From positions 26,257 through 90,256 of IMG/VR virus record IMGVR_UViG_3300048930_001424: 64,000 bases of DNA; one strand, written 5' to 3'. Made by a program: the position numbers and the translations under genes. Source of the stretch: a virus. Below the pieces are notes generated by a model. The model saw only the letters and a program-made list of their open reading frames with translations. It did not search any database and had not been told where the DNA came from. Shown here piece by piece: positions 48,406 through 57,709 of this stretch (positions within the stretch are counted from its first letter, which is position 1; every line of letters starts with the position of its first letter).

Positions 48406-50686
48406 CCCGCGCAAACTCAAGCCCGGCGAACTCGCGCGCCTGCTCAACAGCACACCGCTGGGCGAGGTGGTGAGCGAGCGGCAGCTCCATCGGCACCGCA
48501 CGCGCGCCGGGTTCCGCGTTGCTGCGGACGGGGATGGTGGCAAGGTTGACCTGTTCCGGTACGTCGCCTGGCTGGTCACGACACGGCACGAGGCCCTCGC
48601 CGAAGCAGCCCGCCAGCCCGAGGGGCTCACCGGCTACGAGGCGATGAAGGAGCGGGCGCGGCAGCGCAACGCCGTGCTCTCGCTCTCGGGACGCGACATC
48701 GGCGAGCTCCCGCCGGTGGCCGATCCGGGGCGACGCGAGCGGGCGGCGCGAGACTTCCGGTACTTCTGCGAGACGTACTTCCTGCAGACGTTCCATCTCA
48801 AGTGGTCGGACGACCATCTCAAGGTCATCGCCAAGATCGAGCAAGCCGTCCTCGAGGGCGGGCTGTTTGGGATGGCCATGCCCCGTGGCAGCGGCAAGAC
48901 CTCGCTGTGCGAGGTCGCCTGCCTGTGGGCCATGCTCTACGGGCATCGGGACTTCGTGGCGCTGATCGGCTCGGATGAGGAGCACGCCGCGGGGATGCTC
49001 GAATCGATCAAGGCGGAGCTGGAGAACAGCGAGCTTCTCGCCGGCGACTTCCCCGAGGTCTGCCATCCGATCCGCTGCCTGGAGGGCATCCACCAGCGGG
49101 CCTCGGGACAGCTCTACCAGGGCAAGCAGACGCACATCGGCTGGACCGCCCGGGAGATCGTGTTGCCGACGATCTCCGGCTCGGCTGCCGCCGGCGCCAT
49201 CATCCGTGTCGCCGGGATCACCGGCCGCATCCGCGGCATGAAGCACAAGCGAGCCGACGGCACCTCGGCGCGGCCGTCGCTTGTGCTGATCGACGACCCG
49301 CAGACCGACGAGAGCGCCCGGTCGCCCTCGCAGTGCGCTAACCGCGAGCGCATCCTCGCCGGCGCGATCCTCGGCCTCGCTGGCCCGGGGAAGAAGATTG
49401 CGGGCCTCATGACGCTGACGGTTGTCCGCCCCGACGATCTGGCCGACCGCATCCTCGATCGGGACAAGCACCCGCAATGGCAGGGCGAGCGGACGAAGAT
49501 GATGTACGCATTCCCGGTGCGGGAGGCGCTCTGGCAGCGGTACGCGGAGCTGCGCGCCGAGGGTCTGCGGAACGATCGGGGGATCAAGACCGCCACGGAG
49601 TTCTACCGCCAGCACCGGACCGCGATGGACGAGGGGGCGGCGATCGCCTGGCCGCAACGGTTCAACCACGATGAACTATCCGCGGTCCAGCACGCCATGA
49701 ACCTGAAGCTCCAGGACGAGGCGGCGTTCTTCGCGGAGTACCAGAACGAGCCGCTGCCCGAGGTCCAGGCCGCCGACGACCTGCTGAGCGCGGATCAAAT
49801 CGCGGCGAAGGTGAACGGGCAGGCCCGCGCTGAGGTGCCCATTGGCTGCACCCGGCTGACGATGTTCGTGGATGTGCAGGGCAAGGCGCTCTTCTATCTC
49901 GTGGCCGCCTGGGAAGACGATTTCACGGGGTACGTGGTCGACTACGGCACCGAGCCGGACCAGAAGGCGCCGGGAGGGTACTTCACGCTCCGCGACATGC
50001 GCCGGACCCTGGCGACCGCGGCCCCTCGCGCCGGAGTCGAAGGAGCGATCTATGCCGGTCTGGAGCGTCTGGTCGCTTCGCACCTGGCGCGCGAATGGCG
50101 TCGCGACGACGGGGCGATGGTGCGGATCGATCGCTGCTTGATCGACGCGAACTGGGGATCGTCCACCGACGTGGTGTACCAGTTCTGCCGCCAGAGCCCG
50201 CACGCGGGCGTGCTCATGCCAAGCCACGGCCGGTACGTCGGTGCGTCGAGCATTCCCTTCAGCGACTACAAGCGCAAGCGGGGCGACCGGGTCGGCCTGA
50301 ACTGGCGTATCCCGGTCGTCACCGGCAAGCGCGCCGTGCGGCACGTCGTCTTCGACACGAACTACTGGAAGTCGTTTGCGCACGCGCGGCTCGCGGTGCC
50401 CATGGGCGATCCCGGGTGCCTGTCGCTGTTCGGAAGCAAGCCCGAGCCGCACCGCCTGCTGGCCGAGCACCTAACCAGCGAGTACCGCGTGAAGACCGAG
50501 GGCCGCGGGCGCACCGTGGACGAGTGGAAGCTCCGTGTCGACGGGCTCGACAACCACTGGCTCGACTGCCTGGTCGGCGCGGCGGTCGCGGCCTCCATGC
50601 AAGGCGCCGTGCTGTTCGGCACGGATCACAAGGTGTCGGCTCGCCCCCGGTTGCGGTTGTCCCAGCTGCGAGGAGAACGCCGGTGA
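48389..50686 (+). CDS. Terminase large subunit (GpA-like)
   Basis: MPRGSGKT, LIDDPQ, FVDVQ, LIDANWG, NHWLDC. Confidence 0.9.
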   Translation: MAVAIDPRKLKPGELARLLNSTPLGEVVSERQLHRHRTRAGFRVAADGDGGKVDLFRYVAWLVTTRHEALAEAARQPEGLTGYEAMKERARQRNAVLSLSGRDIGELPPVADPGRRERAARDFRYFCETYFLQTFHLKWSDDHLKVIAKIEQAVLEGGLFGMAMPRGSGKTSLCEVACLWAMLYGHRDFVALIGSDEEHAAGMLESIKAELENSELLAGDFPEVCHPIRCLEGIHQRASGQLYQGKQTHIGWTAREIVLPTISGSAAAGAIIRVAGITGRIRGMKHKRADGTSARPSLVLIDDPQTDESARSPSQCANRERILAGAILGLAGPGKKIAGLMTLTVVRPDDLADRILDRDKHPQWQGERTKMMYAFPVREALWQRYAELRAEGLRNDRGIKTATEFYRQHRTAMDEGAAIAWPQRFNHDELSAVQHAMNLKLQDEAAFFAEYQNEPLPEVQAADDLLSADQIAAKVNGQARAEVPIGCTRLTMFVDVQGKALFYLVAAWEDDFTGYVVDYGTEPDQKAPGGYFTLRDMRRTLATAAPRAGVEGAIYAGLERLVASHLAREWRRDDGAMVRIDRCLIDANWGSSTDVVYQFCRQSPHAGVLMPSHGRYVGASSIPFSDYKRKRGDRVGLNWRIPVVTGKRAVRHVVFDTNYWKSFAHARLAVPMGDPGCLSLFGSKPEPHRLLAEHLTSEYRVKTEGRGRTVDEWKLRVDGLDNHWLDCLVGAAVAASMQGAVLFGTDHKVSARPRLRLSQLRGERR

Positions 50687-50880
50687 ACCCCCGCGTGCCA
50701 GCCCGCCCTGCCAAGCCGCTCCCCCAGCCGCGCGGGCTCACCTGCCCCCGGTGCGGATGCCGCCACTTCGACGTGCTCTACACACGCGCGGCTGGGGGGG
50801 CCAGCGGTGCGATCCGCCGCCGGCGTTCGTGCCGGCATTGCGGTCGGCGGATCACGACCGTCGAGCGCCCCATCGAGTGA
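50683..50880 (+). CDS. Zn-ribbon protein (NrdR-N / Ogr-like)
   Basis: CPRCG…IRRRRSCRHCGRRITTVE; GTGA overlap. Confidence 0.75.
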   Translation: MNPRVPARPAKPLPQPRGLTCPRCGCRHFDVLYTRAAGGASGAIRRRRSCRHCGRRITTVERPIE

Positions 50881-50923
50881 CCGGGTCTACCCGTAGACCG
50901 TTTCAGCCACATTGCTATCGCAC

Positions 50924-50956
50924 GCGCGACAACACACCGGCTGGAGCAGAGGGGTA
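50924..50956 (+). promoter_or_regulatory. Element-specific promoter motif, copy 3
   Basis: GCGCGACAA-N13-GCAGAGGGGTA, 5 nt before the GTG of the head operon. Confidence 0.72.
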
Positions 50957-50961
50957 CTGGC

Positions 50962-51171
50962 GTGCCACCGGACCCCGACCCCAACCTTGAGCAGGCCATC
51001 CGCGACAACGCGTCGCAGCCCGCCAAGGCGTCGGTGGATGGCCAATCTGTGGAGCAGCACCCGCTGAAGGACCAGATCGAGGCCGACCGCTACCTCGCGT
51101 CCAAGGACGCCGCGAGGAAGCCCGGCCTCGGCATCAAGTTCGCCAAGATCGTCCCTCCCGGCTCCGTCTGA
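50962..51171 (+). CDS. gpW-like head-tail joining protein
   Basis: 69 aa immediately before the portal gene; SVDGQSVEQ. Confidence 0.6.
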   Translation: MPPDPDPNLEQAIRDNASQPAKASVDGQSVEQHPLKDQIEADRYLASKDAARKPGLGIKFAKIVPPGSV

Positions 51172-51188
51172 GTTTCACCGTACCCCCG

Positions 51189-52766
51189 ATGCTCAAAGCC
51201 ATTGCCAACCTCCTGAGCCGAAACGGCCGCCCCCACTCCACCGCCGAGCGGAGCACGGACGCTCCGCGCGGCGGTGGTCGCCCGCGCCGGTTCGTGGTGG
51301 CGAAGTTCGACTCGGCGCAGACCACGCCCGACAACCGCAAGCACTGGGCGAACGCGGACGGCCTCTCGCCCAACGCCGCGGTGAACCCCGAAGTCCGGCG
51401 CACCCTCCGGAACCGCGCCCGGTACGAGGTCGCCAACAACTCCTACGCCAAGGGCATCGCCCTCACGCTTGCCAACGACACCATCGGCACCGGTCCCCGG
51501 CTGCAGATGCTGACCGAGGACGCAGACGCAAACGCCCGGATCGAGGACGCGTTCGAGCAGTGGTCCCGGGCCGTGGACCTTGCGGGCAAGCTGCGGACGA
51601 TGCGGCTCGCCCGGGCCGAGAGCGGCGAGGCATTCGCGCTCCTGGTCAACAACCCCGCGATCGCGTCGTGGGGGTCGCCCGTGTCGCTGGACCTCAAGCT
51701 CATCGAGGCGGACCAGGTCTGCACGCCGCTCCTGCGGCGCGGGCGCACGGACGAGGTCGATGGGATCGTGCTCGACCAGTGGGGCAACCCGTCCGCCTAC
51801 CGCGTTCTCAAGCGGCACCCTGGCGACAGCGGCCTTCTCCGCGCCCCCATCGACGACCTCACCGCCTACGACACGTTCGCCGCGTCGGCCGTTGTGCACT
51901 ACTTCCGCGCCGATCGGCCGGGCCAGCTCCGCGGCATCCCCGACATCACGCCGGCGCTCCCGCTGTTCGCGCAGCTCCGCCGGTATACGCTGGCAACCAT
52001 CGCGGCCGCCGAGACCGCTGCGAACTTCGCGGCCGTCATCTACACCGATGCTCCGCCCAACGGCGAGGCCGATCCGCTCGAACCGATGGACGAGGTCGAG
52101 CTCGAGCAGCGGCTGGCGACGGTGCTCCCCGGAGGCTGGAAGCTCGGGCAGGTCCACGCCGAGCAGCCGACGACCACGTTCGGCGAGTTCAAGCGTGAGA
52201 TCCTCAACGAGATCGCCCGCTGTCTGAACATGCCGTTCAACGTCGCGGCGGGGAACTCCTCGGGTTACAACTACGCCAGCGGCCGCCTGGACCACCAGGT
52301 GTACTTCAAGAGCCTGCGCGTCGATCAGCACCACCTGCAGCTCGCCGTGCTCGACCGCATTCTCACCGCCTGGCTCAACGAGGCCGTGCTGGTTGAGGGC
52401 TTGCTCCCGCAATCGATGCGACAGCGCGGCGCGGCCTTGCCCGCGCACGCATGGTTCTGGGATGGCGTCGAGCATGTCGATCCCGCCAAGGAAGCGACCG
52501 CGCAGGCCACGCGCCTGGCCAACCACACGACCACGCTTGCGGCCGAGTTCGCCCGCCAGGGACGCGACTGGGAGCAGGAGCTCCGCCAGCGCGCCAAAGA
52601 GCTCGTGCTCATGGATGAACTCGGCCTGGCCCCCGCCCCCACGCCCCCCACGCCCCCCACGGCTCCCGCGGGCAGTGCGCCCGCACCCAAAGAGGACGAC
52701 ACCCATGGCAACGAAGACCCCGACCGCTCCGAAGACCCGACTCGCGCCCAAGCGTCTGTGGCTTGA
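51189..52766 (+). CDS. Lambda-family portal protein
   Basis: LRNRARYEVANNSYAKG, RPGQLRGIP, NYASGRL, HVDPAKE. Confidence 0.92.
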   Translation: MLKAIANLLSRNGRPHSTAERSTDAPRGGGRPRRFVVAKFDSAQTTPDNRKHWANADGLSPNAAVNPEVRRTLRNRARYEVANNSYAKGIALTLANDTIGTGPRLQMLTEDADANARIEDAFEQWSRAVDLAGKLRTMRLARAESGEAFALLVNNPAIASWGSPVSLDLKLIEADQVCTPLLRRGRTDEVDGIVLDQWGNPSAYRVLKRHPGDSGLLRAPIDDLTAYDTFAASAVVHYFRADRPGQLRGIPDITPALPLFAQLRRYTLATIAAAETAANFAAVIYTDAPPNGEADPLEPMDEVELEQRLATVLPGGWKLGQVHAEQPTTTFGEFKREILNEIARCLNMPFNVAAGNSSGYNYASGRLDHQVYFKSLRVDQHHLQLAVLDRILTAWLNEAVLVEGLLPQSMRQRGAALPAHAWFWDGVEHVDPAKEATAQATRLANHTTTLAAEFARQGRDWEQELRQRAKELVLMDELGLAPAPTPPTPPTAPAGSAPAPKEDDTHGNEDPDRSEDPTRAQASVA

Positions 52767-54711
52767 GGCCGCCGCCACTCACCCCGCGCCCGCGGGCACC
52801 TCTCCGCTCACGCTGACCGGCACGGCCGAGATCACCGCCATCGCCGCCGGCGCCGGCGGGACGGACGGCGAGAAGGCGCTCCCACGCTTCAAGATGCTCG
52901 CGTACACCGGCGGAGCGATGCGCGTCGCCGGGTGGCGTCACCCTGTGGTGCTCGACCTCGCGGGGCTCTCGGTGCCATCGCAAAACCGGCCGATCCGGTT
53001 CGCCCATGATCCCGCCGCGGGTGTCGGGCACACGGATGCGATCCGGGTCGAGGGCGGGCAGCTCGTGGCCACCGGCGTGATCTCGCGCGACACGGCGACC
53101 GCCCGCGAGGTGGTCGCGTCGTCTCGGAACGGGTTCCCCTGGCAGGCCTCGGTAGGTGCCAGCGTCGAGGAGTTTGAGTTCATCCGCGAGTCGCAGAAGG
53201 CGATCGTGAACGGGCTGGAGTTCTCCGGCCCCATCAACGTGGTCCGCAAGGCCACGCTCGGCGAGATCAGCTTTGTGGATCTCGGTGCCGACGGGCGCAC
53301 CAGCGCCTCCATCGCCGCCCAGCAGGGCGGGGGCGGCGGTGGGGGTGATGGCGGCGGTCCGACCGGCGGTGACGCCGATCCTGTGCCGGGGGCGAGTGCT
53401 GCCGCGCTCCGCGCCGAGGCCCTCGCCGAGACCAGCCGCATCGCGGCCGTGCGGAAGATCTGCGCCGGCAAGCATCTCGACATCGAGGCCCAGGCCATCC
53501 GCGACGGATGGGATGCCACACGCACCGAGCTGGAAGTGCTCCGCGCCAGCCGCCCCCAGGCCCCGGCCATCCACGCGCCCGATACGAGCATCACCGGCGA
53601 GGTCCTGGAGGCCGCATGCTTCCAGAGCGCCAAGCTCGAGGGACTCGACAAGGTTTGCTCGGCGCAGGCGCTGGAGGTCGCGTCAAAGCGGTTCCAGAGC
53701 GGGCTGGGCCTGCAGGAACTGCTCATCGAGGCCGCGATCGCCAACGGGTACACGGGCCGGACCTTCCGCGACAGCCGCCGCGTCCTCGAGGCCGCGTTCG
53801 GGCGAGGCATTGAGGCGGGGATGACCATCATCGATGTCGGCGGGATCCTCTCCAACGTCGCCAACAAGTTCTTGCTCGAGGGCTTCTTCAGCGTCGAGCG
53901 GGTGTGGCGGAGCATCTGCGCCGTCCGCAACGTGTCGGACTTCAAGACGGTCACGAGTTACCGGCTTGTCGGCAAGGACCAGTACGAGCAGGTCGCCCCC
54001 GGCGGTGAGCTCAAGCACGGCACACTGGGCGAGGAAACCTACAGCAACAAGGCCGACACCTACGGCCTGATGCTGGCGATCGACCGCCGCGACATCATCA
54101 ACGACGACCTGGGCGCCATCACCACCGTGCCCCGGAAGCTCGGCCGCGGGTCGGGCCTCAAGATCAACGACGTGTTCTGGACGGCGTTCATGAACAACGC
54201 CGCGTTCTTCTCCGTCGGCAACAAGAACTTCATCTCGGGCGCGGACACGGCGCTCGGCATCGACGGCCTCACCAAGGGCGAGGTCACGTTCATGGACCTG
54301 GTGGACTCGGATGGCAAGCCCACGGGCGTCATGCCGTCGATCCTCCTGGTGCCGACGGCGCTTTCGGCGGTGGGCACGCAGCTCTACAAGAGCGTGGAGA
54401 TGCGCGACACCACGGCGAACACCAAGTTCCCCGTGGCCAACCCGCACCAGGGCAAGTTCCGCATCGAGGTCAGCCGCTACCTGTCCAACGCGCTCTACAC
54501 CGGCAACTCGGCCAAGGCGTGGTACCTCCTCGCCGACCCGAGCGACCTGCCGGTCATCGAGATGGCGTTCCTCAACGGGCAGGAGGCCCCGACCATCGAG
54601 ACCTCCGACGCGGACTTCAGCCAGCTCGGCGTGCGGATGCGCGGGTACCACGACTTCGGCGTCGCGCTGCAGGACCCCCGCGGCGGCGTGAAGAGCAAGG
54701 GCGAGGTGTAA
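52705..54711 (+). CDS. Prohead protease / scaffold / major capsid fusion
   Basis: AYTGG…HD…VGH…WQASVG protease; VSDFK, IINDDLGA, HDFGV capsid motifs. Confidence 0.85.
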   Translation: MATKTPTAPKTRLAPKRLWLEAAATHPAPAGTSPLTLTGTAEITAIAAGAGGTDGEKALPRFKMLAYTGGAMRVAGWRHPVVLDLAGLSVPSQNRPIRFAHDPAAGVGHTDAIRVEGGQLVATGVISRDTATAREVVASSRNGFPWQASVGASVEEFEFIRESQKAIVNGLEFSGPINVVRKATLGEISFVDLGADGRTSASIAAQQGGGGGGGDGGGPTGGDADPVPGASAAALRAEALAETSRIAAVRKICAGKHLDIEAQAIRDGWDATRTELEVLRASRPQAPAIHAPDTSITGEVLEAACFQSAKLEGLDKVCSAQALEVASKRFQSGLGLQELLIEAAIANGYTGRTFRDSRRVLEAAFGRGIEAGMTIIDVGGILSNVANKFLLEGFFSVERVWRSICAVRNVSDFKTVTSYRLVGKDQYEQVAPGGELKHGTLGEETYSNKADTYGLMLAIDRRDIINDDLGAITTVPRKLGRGSGLKINDVFWTAFMNNAAFFSVGNKNFISGADTALGIDGLTKGEVTFMDLVDSDGKPTGVMPSILLVPTALSAVGTQLYKSVEMRDTTANTKFPVANPHQGKFRIEVSRYLSNALYTGNSAKAWYLLADPSDLPVIEMAFLNGQEAPTIETSDADFSQLGVRMRGYHDFGVALQDPRGGVKSKGEV

Positions 54712-54793
54712 GCCCATGGGTGAAGGCGCAGAGATCGGCGGAGGCATTGGCGAAGACGGCCCCGGTGTCATTCCGGGCCAAGGAGAAGGCAGC

Positions 54794-55141
54794 ATGGCAG
54801 CAGGACCGGCAAAGTTTGTGCATGAAGGCGAATCGATCGACTACACCCCGGGCGCGGATGTGCTCACCGGTGCGGTGGTTGTCCAAGCGGAACTCGTGGG
54901 CGTGGCGCAGGGCCCCATCAAGGCGAACCAGCTTGGCTCGCTCGCGGTGTCCGGGGTGTTCGACTTCCCCAAGGCGCTCGGCGCTGGCAGTGCGCTCCCG
55001 GCTGGTAGCAACGCCTACTGGGACGCTGGCGCGCAGAACGCAACCAAGAACGCCGCGGCGGGCGCCAACAAGCTCATCGGCAAGACGGTGAAGACCACCG
55101 TCGACGCCGACACCACCGTCCGCATCCGTCTCCTGCAGTGA
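54794..55141 (+). CDS. DUF2190 capsid cement/decoration protein
   Basis: GESIDYTP…LVGVA…GVFDFPK…YWD; upstream in-frame ATG at 54716 also possible. Confidence 0.8.
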   Translation: MAAGPAKFVHEGESIDYTPGADVLTGAVVVQAELVGVAQGPIKANQLGSLAVSGVFDFPKALGAGSALPAGSNAYWDAGAQNATKNAAAGANKLIGKTVKTTVDADTTVRIRLLQ

Positions 55142-55156
55142 CCGCCGGAGGCATAC

Positions 55157-55537
55157 ATGGGCGACCTGCTCGATCGCGGCTCGGCGTTCCTGGATGACCA
55201 GCGGCACAAGCACATGAGCCGCACCGTGGTGTACCAGCGCGGAACCGAAGCCAAAGAGGTCTTGGCGACCATCGGCAAGACCGAGTTCGAGCAGGCCGAC
55301 GACGCGGGGCTGATTCACCGCGTCGAGTCGCGTGACTTCCTTGTGCGGGCGGCGGACCTTGACCTCGGGGCCGGCCCGATCCTCCCGCGAGCCGGCGACC
55401 AAGTGCGTGAGACGGTCGGAACGCAGGTGTTCGTGTACGAGGTCAACGCGCCGGGCGGGCAGCCGCCGTTCCGGTACAGCGACCCCTACCGCAGGGTTCT
55501 TCGGATTCACACCAAACACATCGGTACGGAGTCGTGA
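55157..55537 (+). CDS. Head closure / head-tail joining protein
   Basis: Position; PRAGDQV motif. Confidence 0.6.
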   Translation: MGDLLDRGSAFLDDQRHKHMSRTVVYQRGTEAKEVLATIGKTEFEQADDAGLIHRVESRDFLVRAADLDLGAGPILPRAGDQVRETVGTQVFVYEVNAPGGQPPFRYSDPYRRVLRIHTKHIGTES

Positions 55538-55806
55538 TGGCAGAAGGGAATGGACAAAACGGGACGAAGGCGCGGTGGGCGGGGGTGCTCGTCACCATCA
55601 TCCTCGCCGCCGGCGCGATGACGATCCAGTGGGGCGTGGTCACGACCAAGCTCCAGCAGGTCGAGAAGCGGCTCGACGAGTTCATCGGCGAGGCCCGCTC
55701 CATCCGCGCCGACTACCAGGCGATGGAACGGCGTGTGTCCTACCTCGAGGGCAAGGTGGCGGGCCTGAGCGCGGCGGCGGAAGCTGCAAGGGGGGAACGT
55801 CCGTGA
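55534..55806 (+). CDS. Small membrane / coiled-coil protein
   Basis: One TM segment followed by a coiled coil. Confidence 0.6.
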   Translation: MMAEGNGQNGTKARWAGVLVTIILAAGAMTIQWGVVTTKLQQVEKRLDEFIGEARSIRADYQAMERRVSYLEGKVAGLSAAAEAARGERP

Positions 55807-56234
55807 GCACCATCGCCGCCATCGCCGACGCTGTCGCCGCGCACATCAACGCTGGCACATTCTCCCAACCGGTGAATGCCGTGCGGATGTACCAGCCCGC
55901 CTTCACGCTGGAGGACCTGGCGGAACTGCGAGTATCGGTCGTGCCGCGCACCGTCGGCATCGCCGCGGCGAGCCGCGACAGCAGCACGTTCGAGTGCGTC
56001 GTGGATGTGGGCGTGCAGAAGAAGCTGCCCGCAGAGGGCGCCGACTCCGAAATCGATGGGCTGCTCGACCTTGTCGAGGAGATCACCGACCACCTGCGGT
56101 TGAAGCGACTGCCCGATGCGCCCGAGGCGGCGTGGGCCGGGATCGCCCACGAGCCCGTGGTGTCGACCGAGTCGCTCGAGCAGCACCGGGTGTTCACGAG
56201 TGTCCTGAGCATCACCTATCGGGTGCGGAGGTAA
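55803..56234 (+). CDS. Tail terminator-like protein
   Basis: GTGA overlap; position and size. Confidence 0.6.
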   Translation: MSTIAAIADAVAAHINAGTFSQPVNAVRMYQPAFTLEDLAELRVSVVPRTVGIAAASRDSSTFECVVDVGVQKKLPAEGADSEIDGLLDLVEEITDHLRLKRLPDAPEAAWAGIAHEPVVSTESLEQHRVFTSVLSITYRVRR

Positions 56235-56236
56235 CC

Positions 56237-56494
56237 GTGCGGAACATCGTGCTCCTCAAGGTCGAGCTGTCCGAGGAACTCAAGCCGCTCTCCGACGAGC
56301 GTCTGGTTGCCACATTCACGCTGGTCGCCTCGGAGAAGAACACGCAAGACGCGATTCTTGCGGATGGGAAGGGGCCGGAGGTGGACCTCCCTGCGGGCAT
56401 GCAGTTCCGCTTCGAGCGGGTCGACCTCAACGAGCTTCTGGTGCGGAGCAAGGCGGGCGAGGTGGTGTTCGTGGTGGGCCACACGGCCGGGTGA
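56237..56494 (+). CDS. Hypothetical protein
   Basis: GGAGG RBS with GTG start. Confidence 0.6.
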   Translation: MRNIVLLKVELSEELKPLSDERLVATFTLVASEKNTQDAILADGKGPEVDLPAGMQFRFERVDLNELLVRSKAGEVVFVVGHTAG

Positions 56495-56515
56495 GACGGA
56501 TCAAGGAGAACGACA

Positions 56516-56944
56516 ATGGCGATCAAACTCGGCATGGAAGCCAAGCTCCTCTACAAGACCGGCGGTCAGGCCGGCGGCGGAGCGTGGACCGAACTCGGCA
56601 ACACCCGCGACGTCACCCTGAACCTGGAGGCGGGCGAGGCGGACGTAACGACCCGCGCCAACAGCGGGTGGCGGGCAACTGTCGCCACACTCAAGGAGGC
56701 CAGCGTCGACTTCGAGATGGTCTGGGACACCGCGGACGCCGGGTTCACGGCCATCAAGAACGCCTTCTTCAACAACGCGCCCATTGGCCTGCAGATTCTC
56801 GACGAGACCAGCGGACAGGGTTTGCAGGCGGACTTTTCCATCACCAACTTCTCGCGGAACGAGGCGCTCGAGGAGGCGATCACGGTGTCGGTCACGGCGA
56901 AGGTGACGTACTCGGCGACGGCGCCTTCGTGGATCGGCGGCTGA
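56516..56944 (+). CDS. Tail tube (major tail) protein
   Basis: DVTLNLEAGEADVTTR…ITNFSRNEALEE. Confidence 0.8.
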   Translation: MAIKLGMEAKLLYKTGGQAGGGAWTELGNTRDVTLNLEAGEADVTTRANSGWRATVATLKEASVDFEMVWDTADAGFTAIKNAFFNNAPIGLQILDETSGQGLQADFSITNFSRNEALEEAITVSVTAKVTYSATAPSWIGG

Positions 56945-56972
56945 ACCTCGCACGCAACTCACGGAGGCACGG

Positions 56973-57476
56973 ATGCGGTCATTCAAAGACAACCAGGGAC
57001 GGCAGTGGTCGGTCGAGATCAACGTCACCGCCATCAAGCGCGTGCGCGGCCTCACCGGCGAGGACTTGATGCAGGTCATCGAGGGGACGCTGATCGAGAA
57101 GCTGATCCGCGATCCCGTCCTGCTCTGCGACGTGGTCTACGCCATCTGCAAGCCCGAGGCCGACGCGCGCAGCGTGTCCGATGAAGACTTCGGCAAGGCG
57201 ATGGCGGGCGACGCCATCGAAGCCGCGACGACGGCGGTGCTGGAGGAACTCGTGGGTTTCTGCCCGAGCCCGAGGGACCGGGCCAACCTCGGGCGGGTGC
57301 TCCAGGCCACGCGGAAAGTGATGGACCGGGCGCGGGACCTGGTGGAGAAGAAGCTGGACAGCGGGGAACTGGATCGGCTGGCGGACCGGCTGCTCTCCGA
57401 GGGATCGGGGGGAGCGACTGCTGGAAGCTCGTCCACCAGTGCGCCGGAATCCTCGGCATCGACCCCGGCCCCCTGA
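56973..57476 (+). CDS. Tail assembly chaperone (gpG-like)
   Basis: Between the tail tube and TMP genes. Confidence 0.7.
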   Translation: MRSFKDNQGRQWSVEINVTAIKRVRGLTGEDLMQVIEGTLIEKLIRDPVLLCDVVYAICKPEADARSVSDEDFGKAMAGDAIEAATTAVLEELVGFCPSPRDRANLGRVLQATRKVMDRARDLVEKKLDSGELDRLADRLLSEGSGGATAGSSSTSAPESSASTPAP

Positions 57477-57709
57477 CCCTCCGTGATCTGGTGGCGATGC
57501 TCGACGGCAAGCAGCGCCACCACTGGTCGATCGCATCCGCCGTCATGGCGCTCATCGCCAACATCCACCGCGACCCCAAGCGATCCCGCCGACTCAACCC
57601 CAGCGACTTCGACCCCTTCGCCAAGCGCCAGCGACCCATCCGGGTCGGCGTGTCGGTCCTCAAGGACGTGTTCATCGACGGCAAGATGCCCAAGGAGGCT
57701 CACGGATGA
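57407..57709 (+). CDS. Tail assembly chaperone gpT-like, -1 frame extension
   Basis: -1 frame reads …CWKLVHQCAGILGIDPGPLTLRDLVAM…; G GGG GGA at 57407. Confidence 0.6.
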   Translation, partial: GGSDCWKLVHQCAGILGIDPGPLTLRDLVAMLDGKQRHHWSIASAVMALIANIHRDPKRSRRLNPSDFDPFAKRQRPIRVGVSVLKDVFIDGKMPKEAHG

